Shown: positions 36,301-46,560 of the stretch, in pieces
How the letters are laid out: every line of letters begins with the position of its first letter
Position numbering within the stretch: the stretch's first letter is position 1
Source of the DNA: Scenedesmus sp. PABB004
Lineage: Eukaryota
Assembly: GCA_014905635.1 (NCBI GenBank)
Contig: JABVCE010000004.1
Coordinates: 806,001 to 870,000 of the forward strand
Length of the DNA: 64,000 nucleotides
Direction: 5' to 3'
Notes under the pieces: generated by a model
Database searches by the model: none
The model's input: the letters and a program-made list of their open reading frames with translations, nothing else
Told to the model about the DNA's origin: nothing
Position numbers and translations under genes: made by a program

Positions 36301-38415
36301 CCGCGGCCGCCTGCGCCGCCGCCGCGGGCGCGGCGCGCGACAATGGCATGCGCAGCCGCGGCAGCGCCGGCAGCGCGCCCTCCGCCGCGGCCGCGGCGGC
36401 CGCCTGCTGGGCGGCGCGCTGCTGCAGCGCCACCTGGCCCGCAAACGCCGCCGCCGCGGCCGAGGCGGCCGCCGCCGCAGCGCCGCCCGCGCCGGCCGAC
36501 GGGTGGCGGCCCGCCGGCGCGTGCTGCAGCGGCGGCAGCGCCGCCGAGGGGTGGCCCGAGGGGCTCACGCGGATGGCCTTCAGCCTCAGCTCGCCCGCGC
36601 CCAGCAGCAGCGGCGCCGCCTGCTCCTGCGCGTCTGCGGCGCGCGGCGCGGCCGGCGCCGCCGCCGCTCCGGCGCTGCCGCTGGGCTCACCGCCGCTGGG
36701 CTCGCCGCTGCTAGGCTCGCCGTCCTCGCGGCGCGGCGGCGCGCCTGGGTACCAGACCGCGGCCGCGGCGCTCGCGGCGAGGCTCGCCGCGGCGGCGTCG
36801 CCGCCCAGCAGCGGCGACACGTCGGCGCTGTGCTCACCAAACGTGGCGCCCGCCGCGGCGGCGCCGCCGGGCCCGCACGCCGCCGGCCCGAGCATCAGGT
36901 CGCTCGCGAGCAGCTTCAGCCCGCTGGCCGCGCTGGACGCCGACGAGCGCGCCGACGCGCCCGCGCCCGGCACGCCCGACCGCGAGGACGGCGGCGCGGC
37001 GTCGCTGTCGAGCGAGGGCCGGCCGCTGCCGCGGCGCGGCAGCAGCAGGCGCGGCAGCCGGGGCAGCCCCAGGCCGCCGTCGATGGCACCCGCCGTGCCC
37101 GGCCCGGCCGGCGGCGGCAGCCGCTGCTGCCGCGCGGGGCTCGACGCCAAAACCAGCGCGGCGACCGCGCCCTCGGTCAGCGCCGCGGCGGCGCCCTCGT
37201 CGCCGCCCGGCGGCGGCGGCCCGCCGGCGCCGTCGAGCTCGGCGGCGGGCTCCCGCGCGCGCCCGCGCCCCCCGCCGTCCTGGTCCAGCCGGCTGCGCCG
37301 CCAGTGCGGCTGCGGCGCGCGCGCCCGCGCCGCGTCGAGCGCCTGCTGCTCGCTCCACGCCCACGCCGTACCCTCGGCCTGGATCGCGTGCGCCGTCGCC
37401 AGCGCGGCGGCGGCCTCCGCCTCGGCGAGCTGCACCGCCGACAGGCTCGGCGGCCCGACGAGCCCCGCGGCCAGCACCGCCGGCGACTGCGGCAGCGCCG
37501 CGGCCCACGCGTCGCCGCCGAGCGCCGCGTCCCCGCCGCCGCCGCCGCCGCCGCCGTCCGGCAGCGCCATGGGCGTCGAGTGCGCGTCGCTGAACCGGTC
37601 CAGCTCCAGCGGGTCCGCCGGCCCCGCCAGCGCCGCGTCCGCCTGCGCCGCCTGCAGCGCCGCGACCTGCTGCGCCAGCGCGACCTGGCTCACCAGCGCG
37701 CGGAGGCGGTAGTTCTCCTCTGACAGCGCCGCGAGCGCCTCGTCCTCGTCGCCCAGCGGCGGCGGCGGCGGGTCTGGCTGCACGCCCGCGGAGCGCAGCG
37801 CGCCGCGCAGCTGCGCGTTGGCGAGCGCCAGGCTGTCGGCGAGCACCGCGTCGGCGCTGTCCGGCCCGGCGCCCGCTCGCCGACGGCCATCGGCGCTGCG
37901 GCGGCGGCGGGCGGCGGCGGCGGCGCGCGAGGCGGCGGCGGCGCGTGAGGCGGCGGCGGCGGCGGCGGCGGCGCGTGAGGCGCGCGCGGGCAGCTGCCGC
38001 TGTGGCTGCGGCGCGCGCGGCGCTCTCTCTGCGCGCCGCTGGACAGCGCCCGCACGGCGCACCCGTGTCACACGCTGCTGCTGCCGCGGGTGCGTAGACG
38101 AGCTGCCGCGGCGCCAGCCCCGCCGCCGCCTGGTCGCGCAGCCGCGCGTCGGCGGCCGGCAGCGTCGCGGCGCCGCAGCCGTCGCCGCCCGACTTGCCGG
38201 CGCCGGCGGCGGCCTGCGCGCGGCGCGCGCACGGCGGGTGGGCGGGGGCCGGGCCGCAGGCGCCCCACCAGGGAGAGGGGAGGGGCGCGCTGCGGCTGCC
38301 GCGAGGGCGGCGGGGCGCCGCCGCTCCCGCGCCGCTGCCGCGCCGCTGCCGCCGCCGCCGCGGCCGCGCGCACCTGGCTGCCCGCCCGCTTGCCCGAGGC
38401 CGGTCCCGCCTCCAT
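30849..38415 (-). CDS. Very large Ala/Gly/Ser/Pro-rich hypothetical protein with N-terminal coiled coil
   Basis: Two long coding-like exons (~37870-33060 and ~32900-30849) plus short 5' exons from MEAGPASGKRAGSQ. Coiled coil EALAALSEENYRLRALVSQVALAQQVAALQ. The start is uncertain. Confidence 0.65.
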
Positions 38416-39039
38416 GGTCGCCCCTGCGTCGCGTGCGGGCCGCGGCGGGCGCCGGTGGGCGGGGGGCCGCGGCAGCAGCTGCTGAAAGGGCGTGCTGCCG
38501 CGCGCCCCGGGCCCGCCGCGGCCTGGCGCCCCGGCCACGGCGCGCCGACATCACACCCCCACCCGTGAGCCGCGGTGCGCGGCCCCCGGGCGCGGGATCG
38601 GCAGGGTGCGGGCACCTTCAATGCGTGCCGAGCTCGTGCGGCCGCGCACGCTCGCCCGGCGGCCGCCGCTGCGCCGCCGCTGCGCCGCCGCGGCAGAGCC
38701 CCGACATCGCTCCCGGCCCGCCCCGCACGCCCGTTGCCGGCTGTCGCGGCGCGCGCAGCCCAGGCGCTGTCTGAGCGGCCCGCTGTGTCTCGGCGTGTGT
38801 CGCGGGTCCGGAAATGAACGCCCGGATGATCGCGGCGCACGAGGGGCGGGCCGCTCGGAACCCGAGTGCTGCTGCTGGCGAACCCTGCGAGCCGCCCCTT
38901 GCTGCCCCGCCACGCTAGACGGTGAGCAGAGGCTCCCAGCTCGTCTCTCCCGGGCGGGCGCGGCGCCGCGGGGCCGCCGCGCGCGGCCAGCTCTTGCAGC
39001 GCGCGGCGCGCCCACGCCGTGCGCCGCCGCGCGCACTCG

Positions 39040-39155
39040 TCGCGCGCCGCAGGCTCATGGCGGACGTCACGGGCCTGGCGGGTCTCAACGCCTGCGCCTT
39101 CTCCGACCCCGACGACGTCCCCGCCTGCCTCTCCACCGAGGCCGCCGCCAACGCG
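39040..39155 (+). pseudogene. Isolated inverted copy of the acceptor site and exon 3 of the gene at 28885-30109
   Basis: cgcag|gctcatggcggacgtcacgggcctggcgggtctcaacgcctgcgccttctccgaccccgacgacgtccccgcctgcctc matches the reverse complement of ~29500-29622, with small deletions. Confidence 0.85.
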
Positions 39156-39171
39156 GCGGGCGGGCGCGGGC

Positions 39172-39716
39172 TGCGCTGCGCAGCGCCGGCAGCGCTCGCG
39201 GAGGCGGAGGCGCGTGCCCCGTGCCGGCTGTGCGCGGGCCGCAGCCTGCGTCATTGATTGATCGGGGTGGGGCGGACGTGATTGATGTTGCTGTTGACCG
39301 AGACGCCGCCCTGTGCAGACGCTTTGTTTGTCGTTCGCCGTTTGACGCTCGGCCGCGAGGCCTGGCTAGCAAGCCCTTCTGCTCAAACACGTCCCTGCAT
39401 TTGATGGCGGTGGTGCTCATGACCGCGCAGCGCCCGCCCGCGGCGGCCGGCGGGCGTGGGCCGCTCGGCGCGGCGCGCGCAAACAACAAAAACCCTCTGC
39501 GACGGGCTGTATTCCTTGACCTGTTCGGCCGTCTGTAAATCAAATCAATCAAGCCCGCAGCGGCGCGGGGACTCCGGGCGGCGGCGCGGTCCGCGCATGG
39601 GTCTCGCGCGCCGCCGCCGCGCCGCACAGCCCGCGCCGCGCGCCCCCCCGCGCCAGGCGATGCGCACGCGTCGGGCCTGCGCGTCTACAGCGGCCCCGCG
39701 CCAGCGCGCCGCCGGC
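39172..39716. repeat. Copy 2 of the ~540 bp inverted duplication
   Basis: Reverse complement of 30270-30810. Confidence 0.95.
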
Positions 39717-39874
39717 ACGGCTCGCCGTGGCCGTTCGACCGCCCCAGGCAGCGAGCGTCTCGGCACGGGCCCACAAAGACCGCCCGCCCGCTCGCTCGCG
39801 CCCTCGATCGCGCCCCCCTCTCGCTCGTGCCACAAGGCCGCCCGCTCGCCTTGGTCGCCTGCGACCGTCGCACG

Positions 39875-42800
39875 ATGAGGGCCGCCGCCGCCGCTGCCGC
39901 GCTGCTCGCGCTCCTGGCGGCCGCCGCCGCCGCCGATCCCTCCGCCGCCAATGTGACCGCCGATCCCGCCGCCATGCCGCACGTGTCGTGCCGCGTGCAC
40001 GTCGTGAACGCCACCGGCGCCGCGCCGGCGGCCGGCGCGCGGTGAGCGCCCTGCGCGTGCTTTCGAGCGCCGACGTGGTCGACGTCTCGCTCGTGGTGCA
40101 GGTCCAGCACCCCGACGCCGCGGCGCTGGAGGTGGCCCTCGCCGCGGGCGCGGGCGCCGGCGCGCCGGGCACGCGTGTCGTGGCCAAGGCCGCGTCCCCG
40201 GGTGTGCGCGGCGGCGCCAACCTGGTGCAGACCGTGTTCAGCGACTACGCGCCCCAGACCCTCGCGCTCTCCGAGGTGGGGACACGCAGGGCGGGTGGCC
40301 TTGCGCGTGCGCGGCTGGGCACCGCGCGGCCCCCGCCGACCCCGCCGCCGCCCCCGCCGCCGACCGGCCCACGCACGCAGGCGGCGGCGCCCTACTCCTC
40401 CGCCTACCGCCCCGCCGAGCCGCTCGCCGCGCTCGCGGCCGGCAACGGCACCGGCGCCGGCGCGGGCGGCTCCAACGGCGTGTGGACGCTGACCGTCACC
40501 GACGCGGCGCCGGGGCTCGGCGGGTGCGCGCGGCGCGGGCAGGGCGCGCCCCCGCCCGCCCGCGCCTGCCGCCCGCCTTGCCCGAGACTGCGCGCCGGCC
40601 GCAGGCGGCCGCTGAAGCTGGTCGGCTGGGAGCTCTGGCTCTGCGGTGACGCGGCAGGGCCGCTCTTCGCCCCGCTCGCCGCGGCCGCCGGCGCCGCGCA
40701 GCCCGCGGCGGCCGTGCTCAAGCGCGCGGTGCTGCCCGACGACGCCGACGTGCGCGCCGTCGCGGCGGGCGCCGCCCGCATCGCGCAGGCGGAGGCCGAC
40801 CTCGTCGCCCAGGTGGGGGCGGCCCGCGCGCCGCGCGCGCGTGCCGTGCGCGGCCGACTCCTTCGCCCGCTGCCGGCTGCCTGCGCGCTGCCGCCGCGCG
40901 CGCCGCTGCCCCGCAGGCCAAGGACCAGGTGAACACCTTCATCGCCCAGGAGCTGTCCGCGCGCTACGACCAGGCGGCGGCCGCGCTCGCGCGCGTGTCC
41001 GACCCTGCGGCCAGGGCCGCACTCAACGCCTCGCTCGGCGCGACGTGGGCTGACCTCGCCGAGCTCCCCGGCGCCATGGGCTACGTCAGGGCCGCCGGTG
41101 CGGCCGCGCGCGGCGCCCGCCTGCCGCCCGCGCCCCTGCGCGCGCGCGAGCCGCGCGCGCAGGGGCCTACGCGCGCGCCGCCGCCAAGGCCGCCGCGCCT
41201 GCCGCGCCGCCCACCGCCGCGCCGCAGACGGCGCGTGGGCCCTGCCGAGCAGCGAGGAGTCGATCAAGTCGTTTCTGGACACGCTCTCCCACTGCCGGGC
41301 CGACCTCTACTGGTGCTGGTCCAACGCGGGCATGCGCGGCAACCTTGCGCTCGACCTCGCCGCCTCCTGGCACGGCGCCGCGCAGGGCCGCGCCGACGGC
41401 TGGGCCGCCGCGCAGCAGGACCTCGTCGCCGGGCTCGGGCGCTTCGCCGGTGCGCGCCGCCGCCGCCCCGCCGCGCGCCCCGCGCCGCCGCTCGCCGCCC
41501 CACGCCGCCCCGCCCCGCCCCGCGCCGCCGCTCGCGGCCGCCGTGCGTGCACCGCCCCCGCGCCGCCCCGCCTGCCGCGCGCCGGCCGCCAGACGCGTTC
41601 CCCGGGTCCCAGGACTGGGCCGACGTGCTGTTCTACGGCGCCATCGACTCGCTCTCCGCCGCCGCGGCGCTGGACGCCGTCGCGACCGTGGGCGAGGCCT
41701 GGCTTGACACCGCGATCCGCCTCGCCGTCTACGCAAGCCCCCTCGTGCGCGCGCCGCGCCGCGCCGGGGCGCGCCGCGCGCAGCACGTCACGCGCAGCAC
41801 GCGCGCAGCACGTCACGCGCAGCACGCGCGCAGCCGCCGACGCGGCGGGGCCGGCGCGCGGCGCGGCGCCCCGCGCCCAACCCAACCCGCTGCCGCCCGC
41901 CGGCCGCGCCGCTGCCACCCCTGCCGCGCGCCCCACAGCGCTTCACCGCCAACCCGCGCGCCGCGATCATCCAGGCGTACGTCGTCGTCATCGGCGCGCT
42001 GCGCAGCGTGTTCAGCGTGTTTGAGACGCTCCCGCTCCTCGTGGACGGCGAGCCCAACAACGACGTCACCGCGATCACCGAGTTTGCGCGGCGCAGCGTC
42101 GCGGCGGTGCAGGACGCGCTGGGGACGTACGCCAACGGCCTCGCGCTGCGCGTGCGCGGCATGGAGAGCGCCGCGACCGCGACCGCGGGCGGGCTCGCGC
42201 GCTCCGCGGGTGCGGCGCGGGGCCAGGCACGCGCCCGACGGCGGCCGGCCTGGGGCCCCCTCGCGCGTCCACCGCCGCGCCGCCCGCCCCGCGCGCGCGC
42301 GCCCGCCGCGCAGCCGGCCTGTCTGACCAGCTGGCCGCGCGCCTCAAGGCCTCCGCGCCGGGACTGGGCGCCGCGTACGAGGCTGCCGTCGGGCCGGTCG
42401 CCGACGCGCTGGACGCCCTCGCCGCGGGGCAGCAGGACAGCGTGGCGCGCTACTTCAGGACCCAGAGCGCGCCGCAGGTGGGCGGGTGGGGCGGCGGGGG
42501 CGCGCGCCGGCGGACCTGGGGCGCGCGTCGCCCGGCCGCATGCGCCTGGGCGCGCCGACCCGCCGCCGGGCCGCGGCTGGCCGCAGGAGCTGGCGGGCGA
42601 GCTGTCGCGCACGTCCAAGTTGCTCGGCGACGTGGCAGTCCAGCTCGCGACAAACGCGGCCGAGGCGTTCTCCGCTGCCGAGGCGGCGCTCGACGGCGTG
42701 CTGCCGGGCCCGCCCCTGCAGAAGGTGCTGGCCGACCTGCGCAAGCAGGTCGAGGGCATCGCCTCCGACGCGAGTAAGGCGCTCGGGCAGCTGCTGCCCG

Positions 42801-45732
42801 TCACCGAGCTGTCCGAGGTGCGCGGCGCGGGCGGCCGCGGCCCGCCCGCGCGGGCGCAGCCAGGCGGCCGGCCGCAGCCCGGCGCGCCGCGCCGCGCGCA
42901 CGCGGCGGCGGCCGCCGCCGCCGCCGCCGCAGATGGGCAACCTGTTTGAGGCGACCGCCAAGGCTGTGCTTGACGACCTGGAGGCCGAGGCGGCAAAGGT
43001 CAGCAGCGCGCGCGGCCGCGCGCAGGCCGCGGCGGCGCGCTCGCCACGCGCGCGCCCTGCCCCGCTCCCCGGGCCTGCCCACCCGCGCGCACGCCCTGCG
43101 CGCCGGCCCCCGCACGCGCAGGTGCAGGGCTCCGACGGCGCCGATGCGGTGCGCGCGGGCGTCGAGCGCCTCGCGGCCAGCCTGGGCAAGGCGCAGTCGA
43201 GCGTCGCGGGCGTGTTCAACGGCCTCGCCGCCGGCTTCCCCGGCCCGCTGCTCAACTCGACGCTCGACTCCATCCGCCGCCAGGCGCGCGGGCGCGGGGG
43301 GTGCCGCCCCGCCGGGCCTGGCACTCCTGCCTGCCGCCCTGCCTGCCTCCCGGCCGCGGCTCACACCCCGCCCGCCGCCGCCGCCGCCGCCGCCACCGCC
43401 GCCAGGCCGAGGGCGCGATCGCCGACGTGGAGGGCATCTTCTCCCGCCTGGCCAAGGACTTCCCCTCGCTCGACCCCGCCGCCGCGGTGCAGGCGCTCGG
43501 CGACACGCTCGACCAGCTCCTCTCCGACGCGCTCGGCCAGGCGACCGTGTTTGAGTCGGTCGCGCCGTTTGACGCGACGCGCGCGCTCTCCGACGGGCTG
43601 CGCGGCCTGCTCGACGGCGTCGCGCAGGCGGCGCGCGACGCGCACAAGGCGGCGACCGCCGTGCTGACGCCCAGCATCACCGGCAGCAAGGGCGGCGCCG
43701 AGGCGCTGCGCCAGCTGGACAAGGCGCGCGCCGCGGCCGGGCCCCGGCGCGGCGGCCGCCGCCGCGCGCAGCGCGCCGCCGCGCCGGGCGGCATGGCAGC
43801 CGCCCGCGCGCCCACGCCCACGCCCGCACGCCGCGTGCGCCGCCGCTCTGTGCAGGGCGTGGGCAGCACGCTCCAGGGCTACGCCGCGCGCGTGGACGCC
43901 GTGGCGCGGTCCATCCCCAACCAGCCGCAGCTGTCGGCGATCTCCTCCGACCTGCAGCGCCGCAGCGGCGAGCTCGCGGCGTCGGCGGACAAGCTGCAGC
44001 CCGCCGTCGTGGAGTGGCTCAACCAGCCGACCAAGATCGCCGCCGCGGGCGTCTCCGACCTCAACGACGGCCTCGCCACGCTGCTGACCGACCTCAAGAG
44101 CCAGAATGCGCGCGCGGGCGAGCTTGCCAAGCTGTTGGCGCAGGGCCCGCTCGGTGACGTGTCACGCGAGCTCGACACGGCCGCCAAGTCGGTGGCCAAA
44201 TCCGTGGAGGTGCGCCTGCTGCGGCGCAGCAGCTGCGCAGCCCCCGCAGCCGTCAGCGCTGCGCCCCGGGCGCCTCACTCGCACGCGCCTCGCGCCGCCG
44301 CCCGCGCGCGCGCGCGCGCGCAGGATGCGGTGGGCGCCGTGACCGCGCTGCTGCCGGAGCTGCCCGACGCGCGCCGCACGCTCGACGCGCTGCTGGGCCC
44401 GCCGGTCGAGGCGCTCAGCACCGTGCTTGACCAGGCGGGCAAGGCGGCGGTGGGCGCCGCCGAGGCCGCGAGCAAGGGCCTGCTGGGCGCGGTGGAGCCG
44501 GGGCTGGAGGCCGTGTCGCGCCTGCTGGTCGACGCGCAGTGGCAGGTGGGCGCGGCGCGCGGCGCAGCGCGCGGAGCTGGCGGCTGCCGCGCCTGCGCCG
44601 CCGCTCGGCGCGCCCGCGCGCGCGGCTCACGCCGCGCCCCGCCTCCGCCGCAGCTCGCCGCCCTGCTCGGCGGCGCGGTGAAGGCCAGCGAGGAGCTGCA
44701 GAAGGCCGCGGCGGGCGCGACGCGGGGCCTGGACGGCCAGCTCGCGGCGCTGGACCGCGGCCTCGCCGCGCTCGCCAACGCGACCGCCGCGCAGTTTGAG
44801 CGCACCGTCTCGGCCGCCGTGCCACCGCCGGCGGTGCTGGAGGGCCTGGTGCGGCCGCTCGCGGCCGCGCTCGACGCCCAGCTGCGCAACGTGAGCGCCG
44901 TGCTGGCCCTCGACAGCCCGAGCATCCGCGCCGGCACCGCGGGCGTGCTCGCGCAGCTGCAGGCACTCGCGGCCAGCCTGCTCGGCGCCGCGGGGCGCGC
45001 GCTCGGCCTGCCGCCGCCGGCAGCCGCGCCGGAGCTGCAGCCCCTGCTGCCGCGCTCCGCGCAGCGCGGCCTCCTGCAGGCGGGCGCGCCCGCCGCGCTG
45101 CCCGCCGCGCCGCGCCTCGCCGCGCTCGGTGGGGCGGACGCGCCCGCCGGCTTCGACGCGCCCGCGTTCCGCCAGGCGCTCGCGGGCGGGCTGCAGGACG
45201 CGCTGGGCAGCTTCGCTAACGACTTCATCGGCGGCCTGCTCGGCCTGCAGGGCGTGTCGGGCGCCGACGGCGTCGCGTCCGCGCTCGCCAACCTGGGCCA
45301 GGCGGTGAAGGCCACGGCCGGCACGCTCCAGGCGGCGGCCGCGTCGCTGCCCACGGGCGGGCCCGTGCTCTCAGCCATCCTCGGCGCCGTCGCCCGCAGC
45401 GGCCCGCCGCCGCCAGCGGCGGCGCGCCCGCGGCGGGCCTGCCCCAGCTGGAGGAGCTGCAGCGCCTGCTCTCGTCGGCGCTCGCGGCCGCGTCGGCCAA
45501 CGGCACCGCGCTCGCGCCGGCGGCGCAGGCCCGGCTCGCGCAGCTGTGGCCGGCGGCGGCGCCCGCGCTCACCGCGCTCGCCGGGCCGCCGGCGGCGGCG
45601 GCGCCTTCCGGCCCGGCCGGCGCCGAGCTGGTGGGCCAGCTCGCGCGCGCGTTCAGCACCGTGTCGGACTCGGCGCGCGCGATGATGGAGACCTTTGGCG
45701 CCAACCTGGCCGCCCTCGCGGCGGCGCCGTGA
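39875..45732 (+). CDS. Large secreted protein: proprotein-convertase P-domain-like N terminus plus long amphipathic helical region; two apparent frameshifts
   Basis: Signal peptide [17 protein letters not shown], then VVDVSLVVQVQHPDAAALEVAL..TVFSD..YRPAEPLAAL..NGVWTLTVTDAAPG..LVGWELWL (P-domain pattern), then many Ala/Leu helical exons. The frame breaks at ~40035 and ~45394. Confidence 0.65.
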
Positions 45733-46560
45733 CGGGTCGGTCTCGGCGGCGGCTTGGCGGCCCCGGCGGGCGGCTCGGCCCCGTGATCACGCAAGAGGGG
45801 GGAGCGCTGGCTGCGACCGTGGTACGGTGGGCGCTGGCTGTCGTTGCACACTGGGCACTCTGAGCTGAGCCGCGGAGGAGCTCGCTGATAAGCTCGCGAG
45901 CGCGTGAGCAAGAAGGTTGTCAACCTTGGTTGGTGCGTAATCGCGGCTCACGTGACGGGCTGCTGGGGCTGCTGGGGTTGCTGCGGCAGAGCGAGCAGCC
46001 GGGCCGGCCCAGTGGGCCGCGGCTGCACGCGCGGCGGCGAGCGTCTGCTGGCGGCCGGTGACGCGCGCCGGTGCCGCCGCGCCGTGACACGCCGTCGGTC
46101 CATTGCAATTACTTCTCACTCACCGAGCCAGCGGGCGGGCTGCGCGATGCCCCACGACGACGAGAAGACCGCCGGGCGACCGGGTTCCTTGCGCCTCTTT
46201 TTGTGAGACCCTCCTACGCCGCCGGCGCCGCCCTCGCCGTCCAGTCCCCGAACCCGCCCAGCCTAGCGCGAGCCGGGGCGCAACGGACTCTGGGGTTGTT
46301 GAGGGGCCGCAGTTCGTTTGCGCACCCCGGCGCTCTCCTCCACGTGCAGACGCAGGCGCTCGCAGGACCGCGTCCGGCGGCAAACGGCGCCCGGGCCACC
46401 CGGCCCGCGGCTGGCTGGCGCCCTGCTGCGGTGCGCCGGCGGCGGCGGCCGGTCGCGGCGGCGACATCAGCGGGGCCGCCCGCGCCGATGCAGCCCGCTG
46501 ACCGACCGCGGCGCCCTGCTGCAGGTCCAGCGCCCTGCGCTAGAGCCGGACAGGCCCAGC

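Noticed and set aside
30270..39716. Inverted repeats as the TIRs of a large DNA transposon
   Set aside because: The enclosed gene has no transposase motif, no target-site duplication is visible, and the homology extends to host exon and signal-peptide sequence.
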